DNA from: an uncultured virus (IMG/VR IMGVR_UViG_3300017749_000006)
Lineage: Duplodnaviria > Heunggongvirae > Uroviricota > Caudoviricetes
DNA: 20,000 nt
Virus record (IMG/VR): IMGVR_UViG_3300017749_000006
Direction: 5' to 3' (one strand)
Shown: positions 1 to 8,498 of the stretch, piece by piece
Layout of the letters: each line of letters opens with the position of its first letter
How positions within the stretch are numbered: position 1 is the first letter of the stretch
The notes under the pieces: generated by a model
Told to the model about the DNA's origin: nothing
Databases searched by the model: none
The model's input: the letters and a program-made list of their open reading frames with translations, nothing else
Program-made: the position numbers and the translations under genes

Positions 1-3000
1 AATTCCGGCACTACCCGATGTTCCACTTGAAACATGAAGAAGGGCATCGGGAGAAGTAGTGCCTATTCCCATTTTACCATCGTAAGAGCCTTGTGAACCA
101 CCAAAGAAGAAATCACCATTACCAATGTTTACGTCTGCTTCTCCGTTATACGATAAGTGCAAGACAGAAGTACCCGATTCATCATAATGGAACGCTAAAT
201 CATTCCCTACAACAATTCTTAAATCATCGTCTTGCATTAAGATGTAAGTATTGGTATCTCCGTTGTGATAGATGTAGTCATCTACACCAATACTACCTGC
301 TACGTCTAATGTGTAGTCAGGACTTGTAGTACCTATTCCAAATTTACCTGCTGATTCATCAAAGTAAAATCCTGTTGTAGTATTAGTTCCGTATAGATGG
401 AAGTCTCTACTTTCAGTATCTAAATTATTTATACCACCAAACGCACCAAGAGTCATGAATGAATCTTCACTAGAATCTTGGTCGCCAAAGAAAAGGAATG
501 AACCATTTGATTTGCCCGACATTGTTACTGAATAATTATCAGTAGTATCTTGAACTCTTATTCTTTGGTCATCAGTTCCGGCAACGTGTAAATTAACTGA
601 AGGTGTAGTAGTACCTATTCCTACCTTACCGTCGTCTAGTATAGACATCCTTGTCTTAGTCTCAACCTCGTAATTGAACTCGTTTGCTTGGTAGTATGGG
701 TCTTTCGCAAGGTATGAACCCACACCGAAATCCAATCTGTAAGCGCCGTAGCCGGAGCGAGCCACATGACTGATAGAGCCACTTACCCTACCACCCGACC
801 CGCTTTGGTCGTTAGCCATAAAAGCGATAATGCCTGTCTTCGGGTCATCTGAGTCTATGATGTCGCCATCGAATAGGCTCTCCCTCAGTCCAACTACGTT
901 GGTAAAAGTATTGCTAGAAAAATCAGCAGTAAAGGAGTCATTGGTTCTATGCACATAGTAAGTGCCGCTTGACGCAAAAGTGCCTTGCGCTCCATCAACA
1001 TTGAAAGTCGTAGGATGATTGATGATTATCGCGTTGTCATCAATGGCTATCTGAATGGAATCATCACCGCTTGATGGTATTCCGGTCAGAGTGTAATCTC
1101 CACCACCATCATCAGTCTTGCCAGTATAGGTGAACGAGTCTTGGGTTGACCTCAACTCCGCCCTACCGCTAGATGCGAAGTTAGCCGCCCCCGAACCATT
1201 TATGGAGATGGACGTAGCACCGACTGAGGTAGCACCGTCCACATCGGCAGTATATACGTTCACGGTACTAGCGACTGATGCTCTTGGGTAATTCTCCCCA
1301 CTTTCGGATTTCTGAAGAAGTAGCGTGGTAGCGTTGGAAGCCTTGAGGTGCATTAGGTGTTGAGGTGAAGTAGTGCCTATTCCAACTCGGTCTGCTGATG
1401 AGTCAACAAACAGGGTATCTGTATCCCAAGCCAAATCTCCTGTTCCACCAGTAAGAGCAGTTAAAGTTCCAACGCTTGTTAATGATGAAGCAGTTACTCC
1501 ACTTGCTAGTGTATTTCCTGTTAACGTACTTGCCGCCGCAGTTACAGTAATAGCGGCACTACCATCAAAGTCAACACCATTAATTGCTCTAGCGGTTGCT
1601 AATTTAGTAGCAGTAGCCGCATTACCACTAACATTTCCGGTAACATCTCCTACAAAACTACCTGCATATAAAGCACCGCTTACATCTACTCTACCACCTG
1701 TTTTTATAATGAATGTATCTGTAGCCGCTCCCGATTGTAGTGTAAAGGGAGTAGTATCAGTACCGTCTGTACTTGCGCCTGTATCTACTAAAAAATCTTT
1801 AATTACTAAATCACCTTCATCGGTATATAATAAAAACTTACCGTCATTATTTTGTAGTGTTATTCCCATAGCACCTGCTAAATTAGGATTAACTAAATCT
1901 AGTCCTGCTTTTAATAAAGGACTACTTGTAAATGTTTTAACTCCCGCAATACTTTGGTCGCCTGTAGTATATACTCCGTTTGTTACAGTATCGGCATTAC
2001 CTGTTAAGTCTCCCGTAACATCTGCAACAATACCTGCCGGAACAGACATAACACCTGCGGTTGTAAGACTTACTCTTGTGTTAGTGTGTAAATTAGCATT
2101 AGAGTTATCTTGACTTATTTTTAACTTATCGCTATCACTATTATCCACACCTATACTCCAAACAGTTCCACCTGCTTCAAAGAACATACCTGCATCTCCT
2201 GTACCCGCATTTCCAATTTTAAGAAGTGGGAAAGTGCTAGTATTGTCTTTTTGAAGATATAATTCAGCAGTACCGTGAGCCGCACCACCTATACCTACTT
2301 TGTCTGCTAATCTTGTAATAGCACTTTGATGTGCAGTAGTTACAGTAGCGGCAGTACCACTAACATTTCCGGTAACATCTCCCGTAACATCTCCGGTAAC
2401 ATCTCCGGCTAAATTACCTACAAATACGTTAGTAGTTAATCTACCACTACTAGGAATATATGTTAATGTGTCGTCTGTTTTTAAGGCTTGAGAGCCGGTA
2501 GCAGAATCAGAAAAAGTAAGAAAATGACTTTCAGTTCCATTGTCAGATGCAAGAGTTGTAGTTGCCGCATTACCTGTGATATTACCTTCAAGATTCGCTA
2601 CTAACGTACCTACGGCATAACCTGTACCACTTGTATTTACTGTAGTAGTAGGTGCGGCTTGTAAATCTTTAAACAGTTTAAATTTACCGCTATCGTTTGC
2701 ATCTCTAAATAATCCCGCATATAAATCTTGAGAACCGCTAGTATCATACAATCCATAAAATCCAATATCAACAGTATCAGCCCCATTATTTCCACTTGCT
2801 AATATTATTAATGGGTCTTCTACGGATAAAGTAGCAGTATTAACGGTAGTAGTATCACCATTAACAGTTAAATCTCCCGATATTGTAACATCATTACCAC
2901 TTAAAGTAATTGCAGTAGTACCATCAGATGCTTTAATGTCATTTCCACCTACTAATAAATCACCACTTGTTTTTACTATATCTTCATTCAGTAGTAAAGT

Positions 3001-5295
3001 TCCGGCAGATGCAGATGTAATGTAAGAGTTATTAGTTAACTGAATACTTCCCCCTTTAACTTCTAAACCACCTTCTACATCAAGACTTGTTCCTGTTAAA
3101 TTCATACCTTCTGTTAGAGTTCCATTTATTGATGTGTACCACCTTATCCTAGAGTCTTGTGTATCAGCAGTAGAAGTAAAACTTTGTTTCTTTTCTACAA
3201 GAATTTTAGCAGAATCTACTGCCGTTCCACTAGAATCTTCTAAATTAAATAAGACTGATACTGTTCCTGTTGTATCTGCGGCATCACTTTGATTTGTTAG
3301 AGTTAACGCCGTAAATTCACCATCAATATCTTTTGTAATAGTAGTATCTATTTTTAGTTGAATATTATCATGTTTGAAATCTGCTACTGATACTTCTCCA
3401 CTTGAACCTACGGTAGAACTGTTTGCACGTATTTCTATATCTCCGCTTGGCCCTCTATTGTGTAAAACAATTGTACCATTGTCTACGGACATAAAGTTCC
3501 TTTCCGTACCGGCAGTATCAGTATATGTCATCATAGGTTCTTCGGCAGATGACGCACCATTACTTGCTAGACCCCAAAAAATACTACCATTTTTTTTAAT
3601 AGTAAGTAATTCGTTACTTGCACCGTAAAACTTAGCAATATCACCATCTCCGTCTTGTTCTACTCTAAGTATTCCATTAGAATCATCGTTATCTTTGAAA
3701 GAGGCTAGACCTGCGGTAGTTGTAAAACCACCGGCAGTAATAGTGCCTGTTGTGGTATCGTTAGCATCATTCTTTAGGAAAGCATCATCTACATTAAAGG
3801 TAGTACCGGCTAATGAAATATTAGTACCTGCTGAATAGGTTGTGTTAGTATCTGTAGAGGATATTGTAATAGTAGAATCATCGGTTCTTACTACACTTGT
3901 AGCACCAGTACCTACAAACTTTACATCATCTGTGCTTGAATCGCTTCCTGTCAAACGTAGTTTTATACCACTTGAATCTACTACGCTAGTAGTATAAGTA
4001 GTACCTGTACCACCACCTGCACTTGCAGACCATTCAAGACCAAGACTACCATCTCCGTTAGTTTTTATTGCTAATACTTCTCCCGTACTACCTATCGCTA
4101 AAGTACCTAATGCACCGTGATGATTACCATATAAGATAGAATTTTTGTCTACAAAATTTAAGCCCGTACCACCATCGTTAACAGATAGCCTCATAGTAGT
4201 TCCTGTAGTTCTATAAACACCATCACTTATTTGTGAAAAATTCCAATCTCCTTCTACAGTAACAGGTTGTACACAATGTATTTCACTACCACTATCACTA
4301 CCGTAATCCGGCCCATATAATCTACCACCTGCTTTTATATGTAAATGCTCACAAGCAAAAGAAGTATTATCTTCTACAGTTACAAAATTCTTTTCTTCTA
4401 CAGGAGTGCCTATAATCACGTTAGTAAATTTAGATGTAAATTGGTTTTCTACGCCATAAGTTCCTGTAGTTGGAAATTTTAATGTTGTCGTAGTAGAAAC
4501 TAACTCAAAAGTAGATAACCCCATATTAAAAGTATCGGTAGTTAAAGTTAATGTACCCGTTATTTTAAAATGTTTAGATTTATCTAAAAAATTATATCTT
4601 AGTGGTAATACTTTAAATGATGTATCAATATCTAAATTTAACATATCTACACCATAAAAAACATTTGTTCTGTCTTCGTATGGTAATGCTTGTACGTTTA
4701 ATATAGCGGTACTACTTGTAGTATGAAAATCCATGTTAGGATATAAACCATTTTCTAACACTAAAGGTATATTTTGTGTAGAAGGTGCAAACAAAAAAGT
4801 AACTCTTGAACGACTAAGAGCAGAATCAAAAATACCGCTAGTCATATTTGTATTAAGTTCACCATCGTTTGTACTGTCTAATTTAATATAAAGGTTATAT
4901 TCACCACTATCTGAAGTAGTAAATTTGGGTGTACCTGCAAATTTAATAGTAGAAGTGTGCGTAGCAAAAATAGTACCACTTTTTTTAATTTCTAATCCCG
5001 CTACAGTTAATAATCCACTACTACCTAATACTATAGTCTTGAGTAAACTAGCGTGATATTCTATTGTTAAACTTTTCCAATTATTAGGGGGAGAACTATT
5101 AACATTACTCATACTACTATCTATTAGTGCATGACTACTTGCACCGGAAGTAGCGTAATTAAAAACTACATCGTCAGTACCATTTGTTAATCCGTTTAGA
5201 TTAGTAGGGTTAGTAGACCCACCACTTGTTGTTACCCAATTAGAAACAACACCTATATCTGTGCTTGTACCACCTTTCCAATATAATGTAGCCAT
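1..5295 (-). CDS. Giant mosaic tail/head fibre (receptor-binding) protein, at least 1765 aa, truncated at the window's left edge
   Basis: ATG at 5295 (MATLYWKGGTSTDIGVVSNW...). The same frame reads ...GKMGIGTTSPDALLHVSSG at the left edge. Segments translated by hand are open, and absence from the ORF track fits having no stop inside the window. Gly/Thr/Ser-rich, with repeated (V/M/F)GIGT motifs, GDVTG repeats and ARAINGVDFDGS typical of phage fibres. Confidence 0.85.
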   Translation of the reverse strand, partial: MATLYWKGGTSTDIGVVSNWVTTSGGSTNPTNLNGLTNGTDDVVFNYATSGASSHALIDSSMSNVNSSPPNNWKSLTIEYHASLLKTIVLGSSGLLTVAGLEIKKSGTIFATHTSTIKFAGTPKFTTSDSGEYNLYIKLDSTNDGELNTNMTSGIFDSALSRSRVTFLFAPSTQNIPLVLENGLYPNMDFHTTSSTAILNVQALPYEDRTNVFYGVDMLNLDIDTSFKVLPLRYNFLDKSKHFKITGTLTLTTDTFNMGLSTFELVSTTTTLKFPTTGTYGVENQFTSKFTNVIIGTPVEEKNFVTVEDNTSFACEHLHIKAGGRLYGPDYGSDSGSEIHCVQPVTVEGDWNFSQISDGVYRTTGTTMRLSVNDGGTGLNFVDKNSILYGNHHGALGTLAIGSTGEVLAIKTNGDGSLGLEWSASAGGGTGTTYTTSVVDSSGIKLRLTGSDSSTDDVKFVGTGATSVVRTDDSTITISSTDTNTTYSAGTNISLAGTTFNVDDAFLKNDANDTTTGTITAGGFTTTAGLASFKDNDDSNGILRVEQDGDGDIAKFYGASNELLTIKKNGSIFWGLASNGASSAEEPMMTYTDTAGTERNFMSVDNGTIVLHNRGPSGDIEIRANSSTVGSSGEVSVADFKHDNIQLKIDTTITKDIDGEFTALTLTNQSDAADTTGTVSVLFNLEDSSGTAVDSAKILVEKKQSFTSTADTQDSRIRWYTSINGTLTEGMNLTGTSLDVEGGLEVKGGSIQLTNNSYITSASAGTLLLNEDIVKTSGDLLVGGNDIKASDGTTAITLSGNDVTISGDLTVNGDTTTVNTATLSVEDPLIILASGNNGADTVDIGFYGLYDTSGSQDLYAGLFRDANDSGKFKLFKDLQAAPTTTVNTSGTGYAVGTLVANLEGNITGNAATTTLASDNGTESHFLTFSDSATGSQALKTDDTLTYIPSSGRLTTNVFVGNLAGDVTGDVTGDVTGNVSGTAATVTTAHQSAITRLADKVGIGGAAHGTAELYLQKDNTSTFPLLKIGNAGTGDAGMFFEAGGTVWSIGVDNSDSDKLKISQDNSNANLHTNTRVSLTTAGVMSVPAGIVADVTGDLTGNADTVTNGVYTTGDQSIAGVKTFTSSPLLKAGLDLVNPNLAGAMGITLQNNDGKFLLYTDEGDLVIKDFLVDTGASTDGTDTTPFTLQSGAATDTFIIKTGGRVDVSGALYAGSFVGDVTGNVSGNAATATKLATARAINGVDFDGSAAITVTAAASTLTGNTLASGVTASSLTSVGTLTALTGGTGDLAWDTDTLFVDSSADRVGIGTTSPQHLMHLKASNATTLLLQKSESGENYPRASVASTVNVYTADVDGATSVGATSISINGSGAANFASSGRAELRSTQDSFTYTGKTDDGGGDYTLTGIPSSGDDSIQIAIDDNAIIINHPTTFNVDGAQGTFASSGTYYVHRTNDSFTADFSSNTFTNVVGLRESLFDGDIIDSDDPKTGIIAFMANDQSGSGGRVSGSISHVARSGYGAYRLDFGVGSYLAKDPYYQANEFNYEVETKTRMSILDDGKVGIGTTTPSVNLHVAGTDDQRIRVQDTTDNYSVTMSGKSNGSFLFFGDQDSSEDSFMTLGAFGGINNLDTESRDFHLYGTNTTTGFYFDESAGKFGIGTTSPDYTLDVAGSIGVDDYIYHNGDTNTYILMQDDDLRIVVGNDLAFHYDESGTSVLHLSYNGEADVNIGNGDFFFGGSQGSYDGKMGIGTTSPDALLHVSSGTSGSAGI
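2361..2418 (-). repeat. Coding 12-bp tandem repeat encoding GNLAGDVTGDVTGDVTGNVSG
   Basis: Repeated GTAACATCTCC units; related copies near 1630-1650 and 2000-2025. Confidence 0.8.
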
Positions 5296-5305
5296 ACTCT
5301 AACCC

Positions 5306-5740
5306 CTATTCATTATAAGAGTATAGATTTCCACTTAGTTTACTTGATGTAGTACCACCTACCCTTGTTGCAGTAGACTTTACTACAAAGGCAGTAGCCC
5401 CTTTCTCCTCTATCGCTCTTAATGCTTCGCCGGCAGATTTCTCAAAAGATGATAATTGCTTGGCGAATCTTATATCCATAGTACCTTTTTCTTTTTCCGG
5501 TACTACGGCATGTACTGTATCTACTAATACACGTAGACAATCTACGCATACTAAGAATTTAATTGCTGACTCTTTAAGAGTATCTGTAGGTGCATTAGTA
5601 GTAACTCCTACATAACCTGTCATACGTGCTTTCTTTGTAACTTCAGCAGTACGAATAGTAATGTATTCTGTGATTGTACCTTCATTCAAACCTCTTGGTC
5701 TGTTAAGTAAATCTCTAATTTGACTTGTCGTTACTGCCAC
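5306..5740 (-). CDS. Putative head-tail adaptor / head-completion protein (144 aa)
   Basis: GTG start at 5740 with SD-like AGGTGG upstream. Size, helical character and position downstream of the MCP fit an adaptor; function is inferred. Confidence 0.55.
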   Translation of the reverse strand: MAVTTSQIRDLLNRPRGLNEGTITEYITIRTAEVTKKARMTGYVGVTTNAPTDTLKESAIKFLVCVDCLRVLVDTVHAVVPEKEKGTMDIRFAKQLSSFEKSAGEALRAIEEKGATAFVVKSTATRVGGTTSSKLSGNLYSYNE

Positions 5741-6080
5741 GTTGCCACCTACTATCGTAATCCGATGGTACATCAAAGACAATAGCGTCTTTTGAAGGTT
5801 TGGTAGTTCTTCCTAACACTAATAGAATTTTAGAAGAAATCATATCTTCTGCCATTTGACTATCGGGCAACCAATATAAAATTGATTTATTTTCTAGTAG
5901 TGATATAGGGTGATTATCAAACTTAGCATTTGGATTTCTTAAAAGTCTAACGCGGTATCCTTCGTTACTACGCCAATATTTAAGTCTGTGAGATAAGTCT
6001 TTAATACTTGCTGACGCAGGTATATCTATTCCTAGTTTTCGTAACTCCTTTGTCAAGGAGGCTTTGGAAGGTGTCGCCAT
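5715..6080 (-). CDS. Hypothetical virion-module protein (121 aa)
   Basis: ORF track entry with the start moved to MATPSK at 6080, just after the upstream stop at 6086. N-terminal short helical (SAP/HeH-like) segment. Confidence 0.7.
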   Translation of the reverse strand: MATPSKASLTKELRKLGIDIPASASIKDLSHRLKYWRSNEGYRVRLLRNPNAKFDNHPISLLENKSILYWLPDSQMAEDMISSKILLVLGRTTKPSKDAIVFDVPSDYDSRWQRGSNDKSN

Positions 6081-6085
6081 ACTTC

Positions 6086-6229
6086 TCACTTCTTTGCTTT
6101 CTTAGCCGCTTTCTTTTTAGGTGCGGCTTTTTTAGGAACTATTTTAGGTTTAACTAAACGTCTTAATGTTCTTCTACCAATTTTTTCTAATTCCCAAAGA
6201 CCATCTTCATCTTCTTCAAATGTGTTCAC
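6086..6229 (-). CDS. 47-aa protein with acidic N-terminus and Lys/Ala/Pro-rich (histone H1-like) tail; not in the ORF track
   Basis: GAGGTG SD, then GTG: MNTFEEDEDGLWELEKIGRRTLRRLVKPKIVPKKAAPKKKAAKKAKK*. It fills the gap between its neighbours. Confidence 0.8.
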   Translation of the reverse strand: MNTFEEDEDGLWELEKIGRRTLRRLVKPKIVPKKAAPKKKAAKKAKK

Positions 6230-6239
6230 TTAAAACACC

Positions 6240-6662
6240 TCAAAGATGATAGTAGCCTGTAATATATACTTGACATACAGGTATATCGTTGTCACCATGT
6301 ACTGTAGGAGAAATTCTTAATTTTCCACCCGCAGGTATTTCATTAGAATCGTGGTCAATTGTAGCGGCTCTAAGAACTGCTTTGTCAGCACCGTCACCAA
6401 CGGCTATAGCATCTGTTATAGCAGTACCAGTATTTTTAACTGTCATTTTATTAGCGGCGTTTCCACCATCGGCTTCAAGTATAACATGAACATCCATAAC
6501 TGTAAATTTTCTTTCCATAGTTAAATCTACGTCTGCACCTGCCGCTCCCGCCAAAGTATTGACTCTAAGCACAACAGGTATGAATCCGAAGTCTTCTCCG
6601 TCATCCATAGCCCTAACTAGGCGACCGTCCATTATTCCTTGTAATTTTCTGTTAAGAGGCAT
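6240..6662 (-). CDS. Putative capsid decoration / minor structural protein (140 aa)
   Basis: Directly downstream of the MCP, beta-rich Gly/Ala/Asp composition, G-rich SD. Confidence 0.55.
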   Translation of the reverse strand: MPLNRKLQGIMDGRLVRAMDDGEDFGFIPVVLRVNTLAGAAGADVDLTMERKFTVMDVHVILEADGGNAANKMTVKNTGTAITDAIAVGDGADKAVLRAATIDHDSNEIPAGGKLRISPTVHGDNDIPVCQVYITGYYHL

Positions 6663-6676
6663 CTATTTTACCCCCC

Positions 6677-7603
6677 TTAAGCCCTTACGCCTGTTAGTTT
6701 AGCAATTCTATCGTTTTTACCCGAACCTGCGCTTTGAGTATCTTGCATTTCGTGAATAACGCTTCCCATGTAGGAAGTTAATAACCAATCATATCCTAGA
6801 CCGGGAATCCTTGTCAATTCTGTCTCTACGAATCCTTCTCCATTGTATGTAAAGAATTCAGCAGTTTCAGCACCGGGAATAAGTAACAAAGCATCGTTAC
6901 CTAGAGCCGCAGAAGTATGACCTCCTGTGTGGTCGCGTGTATAGTAAACTGATAAGTTTGCTATTCTTCCCATGTGGTCGCCTAATGACTCAACTACGTT
7001 TCCGAAAAGTTGTGTGTTTAGCATTGAACTTCTTTTATCAGAAGGAAGGACTAGAGCCATTGGCTCGTTACCGGAAACTCTAGCGTTCAAGAAAATCTTG
7101 TCCATAAGTCCTAGTAAGTCTCCTTCTTCATCTGCACCTGCACTACCGAATGTTGCGGCGGCGGCACTTGATTGTCCGAATCCTGCCATAAGGTCAGTTA
7201 GGATTTTGTTGTCTATTGCATCTGCTCTAGCACGAACTATTCCTAATTGTTGCCTGTCAATGTTTTCCCATGATTCACCACGTAGACGTACTGCATCTAG
7301 GAAAGTAACTCGACCTTGACCTTTTTCTAATTTTGTTGTGTAGTTTACTGTACCAACTTTGGTTGGGTCAGCCAATGCTACATCATCTAGTGGATAAGAG
7401 AAACTTCCTCCTACTCCTGTGTACCACTTAAATTCCAACCAAGGAACTGAGCGTACACCAACAAGGTCTGTTGCTATTGCTATTGTGTTAGATTGTAATT
7501 GGATAAAGTCTCTTAGAGTTTGCTCTAAGACCGCATCTCCTACTGAGAAAGGCCCATCAGCCGCTTCTACGTTTAATATTTGTTCTAATGTATTGTTAGC
7601 CAT
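6677..7603 (-). CDS. Major capsid protein (HK97 fold, archaeal tailed virus type), 308 aa
   Basis: Start MANNTLEQ overlaps the upstream stop (TGATG) with a GGTG SD. Size and position in the portal-protease-decoration-MCP order fit. The sequence recalls HGTV-1/magrovirus MCPs. Confidence 0.8.
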   Translation of the reverse strand: MANNTLEQILNVEAADGPFSVGDAVLEQTLRDFIQLQSNTIAIATDLVGVRSVPWLEFKWYTGVGGSFSYPLDDVALADPTKVGTVNYTTKLEKGQGRVTFLDAVRLRGESWENIDRQQLGIVRARADAIDNKILTDLMAGFGQSSAAAATFGSAGADEEGDLLGLMDKIFLNARVSGNEPMALVLPSDKRSSMLNTQLFGNVVESLGDHMGRIANLSVYYTRDHTGGHTSAALGNDALLLIPGAETAEFFTYNGEGFVETELTRIPGLGYDWLLTSYMGSVIHEMQDTQSAGSGKNDRIAKLTGVRA

Positions 7604-8016
7604 CAAACACCAACTCCTATACAAGCCATAGGTACTAAATCACCTGCGGCAATCTCAACTCCGTGAGAGAAAAGATGACCTATCTGTTTTGCACTTCCGC
7701 TTGAAGAAGAAGACACATGACCGTCAGTCGCGCCGTTGTAGAGTGGTATTCCGAAGTCTGCATTTGCGGCGGCGATTGCCTCACACTTAACGTAGACTAT
7801 TCCCGACATTGGGTAAACTGCTACTGTTCCACCTGCGTTTTCTAAAGCACCTGCCGCATCTCTTGAAGATTCAGCCGCGCTAACTGCACATGGTTGATGC
7901 TGAACATTTGCGCAGACTATAAGCCCGCTTCCACTTGTCTGTAGTAAAAGTCCTTGTGAAGTAACTCCCCCGCTTACTGCGTGTATCGCATTTCTTGTTT
8001 CGTTTAGTGCCGCCAT
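7603..8016 (-). CDS. Putative capsid cement / head decoration protein (137 aa)
   Basis: Small Gly/Ala-rich beta protein between scaffold and MCP (lambda gpD-like position), with a GGAG SD. Confidence 0.6.
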   Translation of the reverse strand: MAALNETRNAIHAVSGGVTSQGLLLQTSGSGLIVCANVQHQPCAVSAAESSRDAAGALENAGGTVAVYPMSGIVYVKCEAIAAANADFGIPLYNGATDGHVSSSSSGSAKQIGHLFSHGVEIAAGDLVPMACIGVGV

Positions 8017-8018
8017 AT

Positions 8019-8498
8019 TTAATTCATCTCCTTTATTTCATTGTATTTTGGTGCTTTCATAGCACTTCTCTCATCTATAGAAAGAGTACCATTCCAAGCG
8101 TTTGCCCATGCGTTCCAACATCGGGAATATAATTCTTCATCAGATTCTACCATTTTACCGTTAAGGTAGTTGGCTACTACTGATGTAGATTTTGTAGGTG
8201 TTTCAGAAGCCACTACGGGTTCTGATTTTACCTCATCCATAACTTTCGGTTCTTCAACCGGATGGGATGCTTCCCAACTTGCTATCAATGTAGTTAATGT
8301 GTCTGCCTTCAAGTCATCATGACCGGACATTCCCATCTCAGATGCTTTAGATACTAAAGCAATTCTTTCGTCTTCAATTCTTTGTGATTCTATTGCCTCA
8401 AATTCGTTGACACGACTGTTAGCCATAACTAAGTCAGCCTTCAACGCCTCGATTTCTGCGGCGTAATCAATTTCTGTATTTTCTGTTTCTTCTGTCAT
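8019..8498 (-). CDS. Nested in-frame scaffold protein from an internal start (159 aa)
   Basis: ATG at 8498 (MTEETENTE) is preceded by SD AAGGTGAAGG and a TATA-like GTTATAAG at 8545-8552. Confidence 0.6.
   Translation of the reverse strand: MTEETENTEIDYAAEIEALKADLVMANSRVNEFEAIESQRIEDERIALVSKASEMGMSGHDDLKADTLTTLIASWEASHPVEEPKVMDEVKSEPVVASETPTKSTSVVANYLNGKMVESDEELYSRCWNAWANAWNGTLSIDERSAMKAPKYNEIKEMN

Noticed and set aside
93..3628. Plus-strand ORFs 93-329, 1373-2113 and 3374-3628
   Set aside because: Antisense shadows of the long minus-strand fibre gene.
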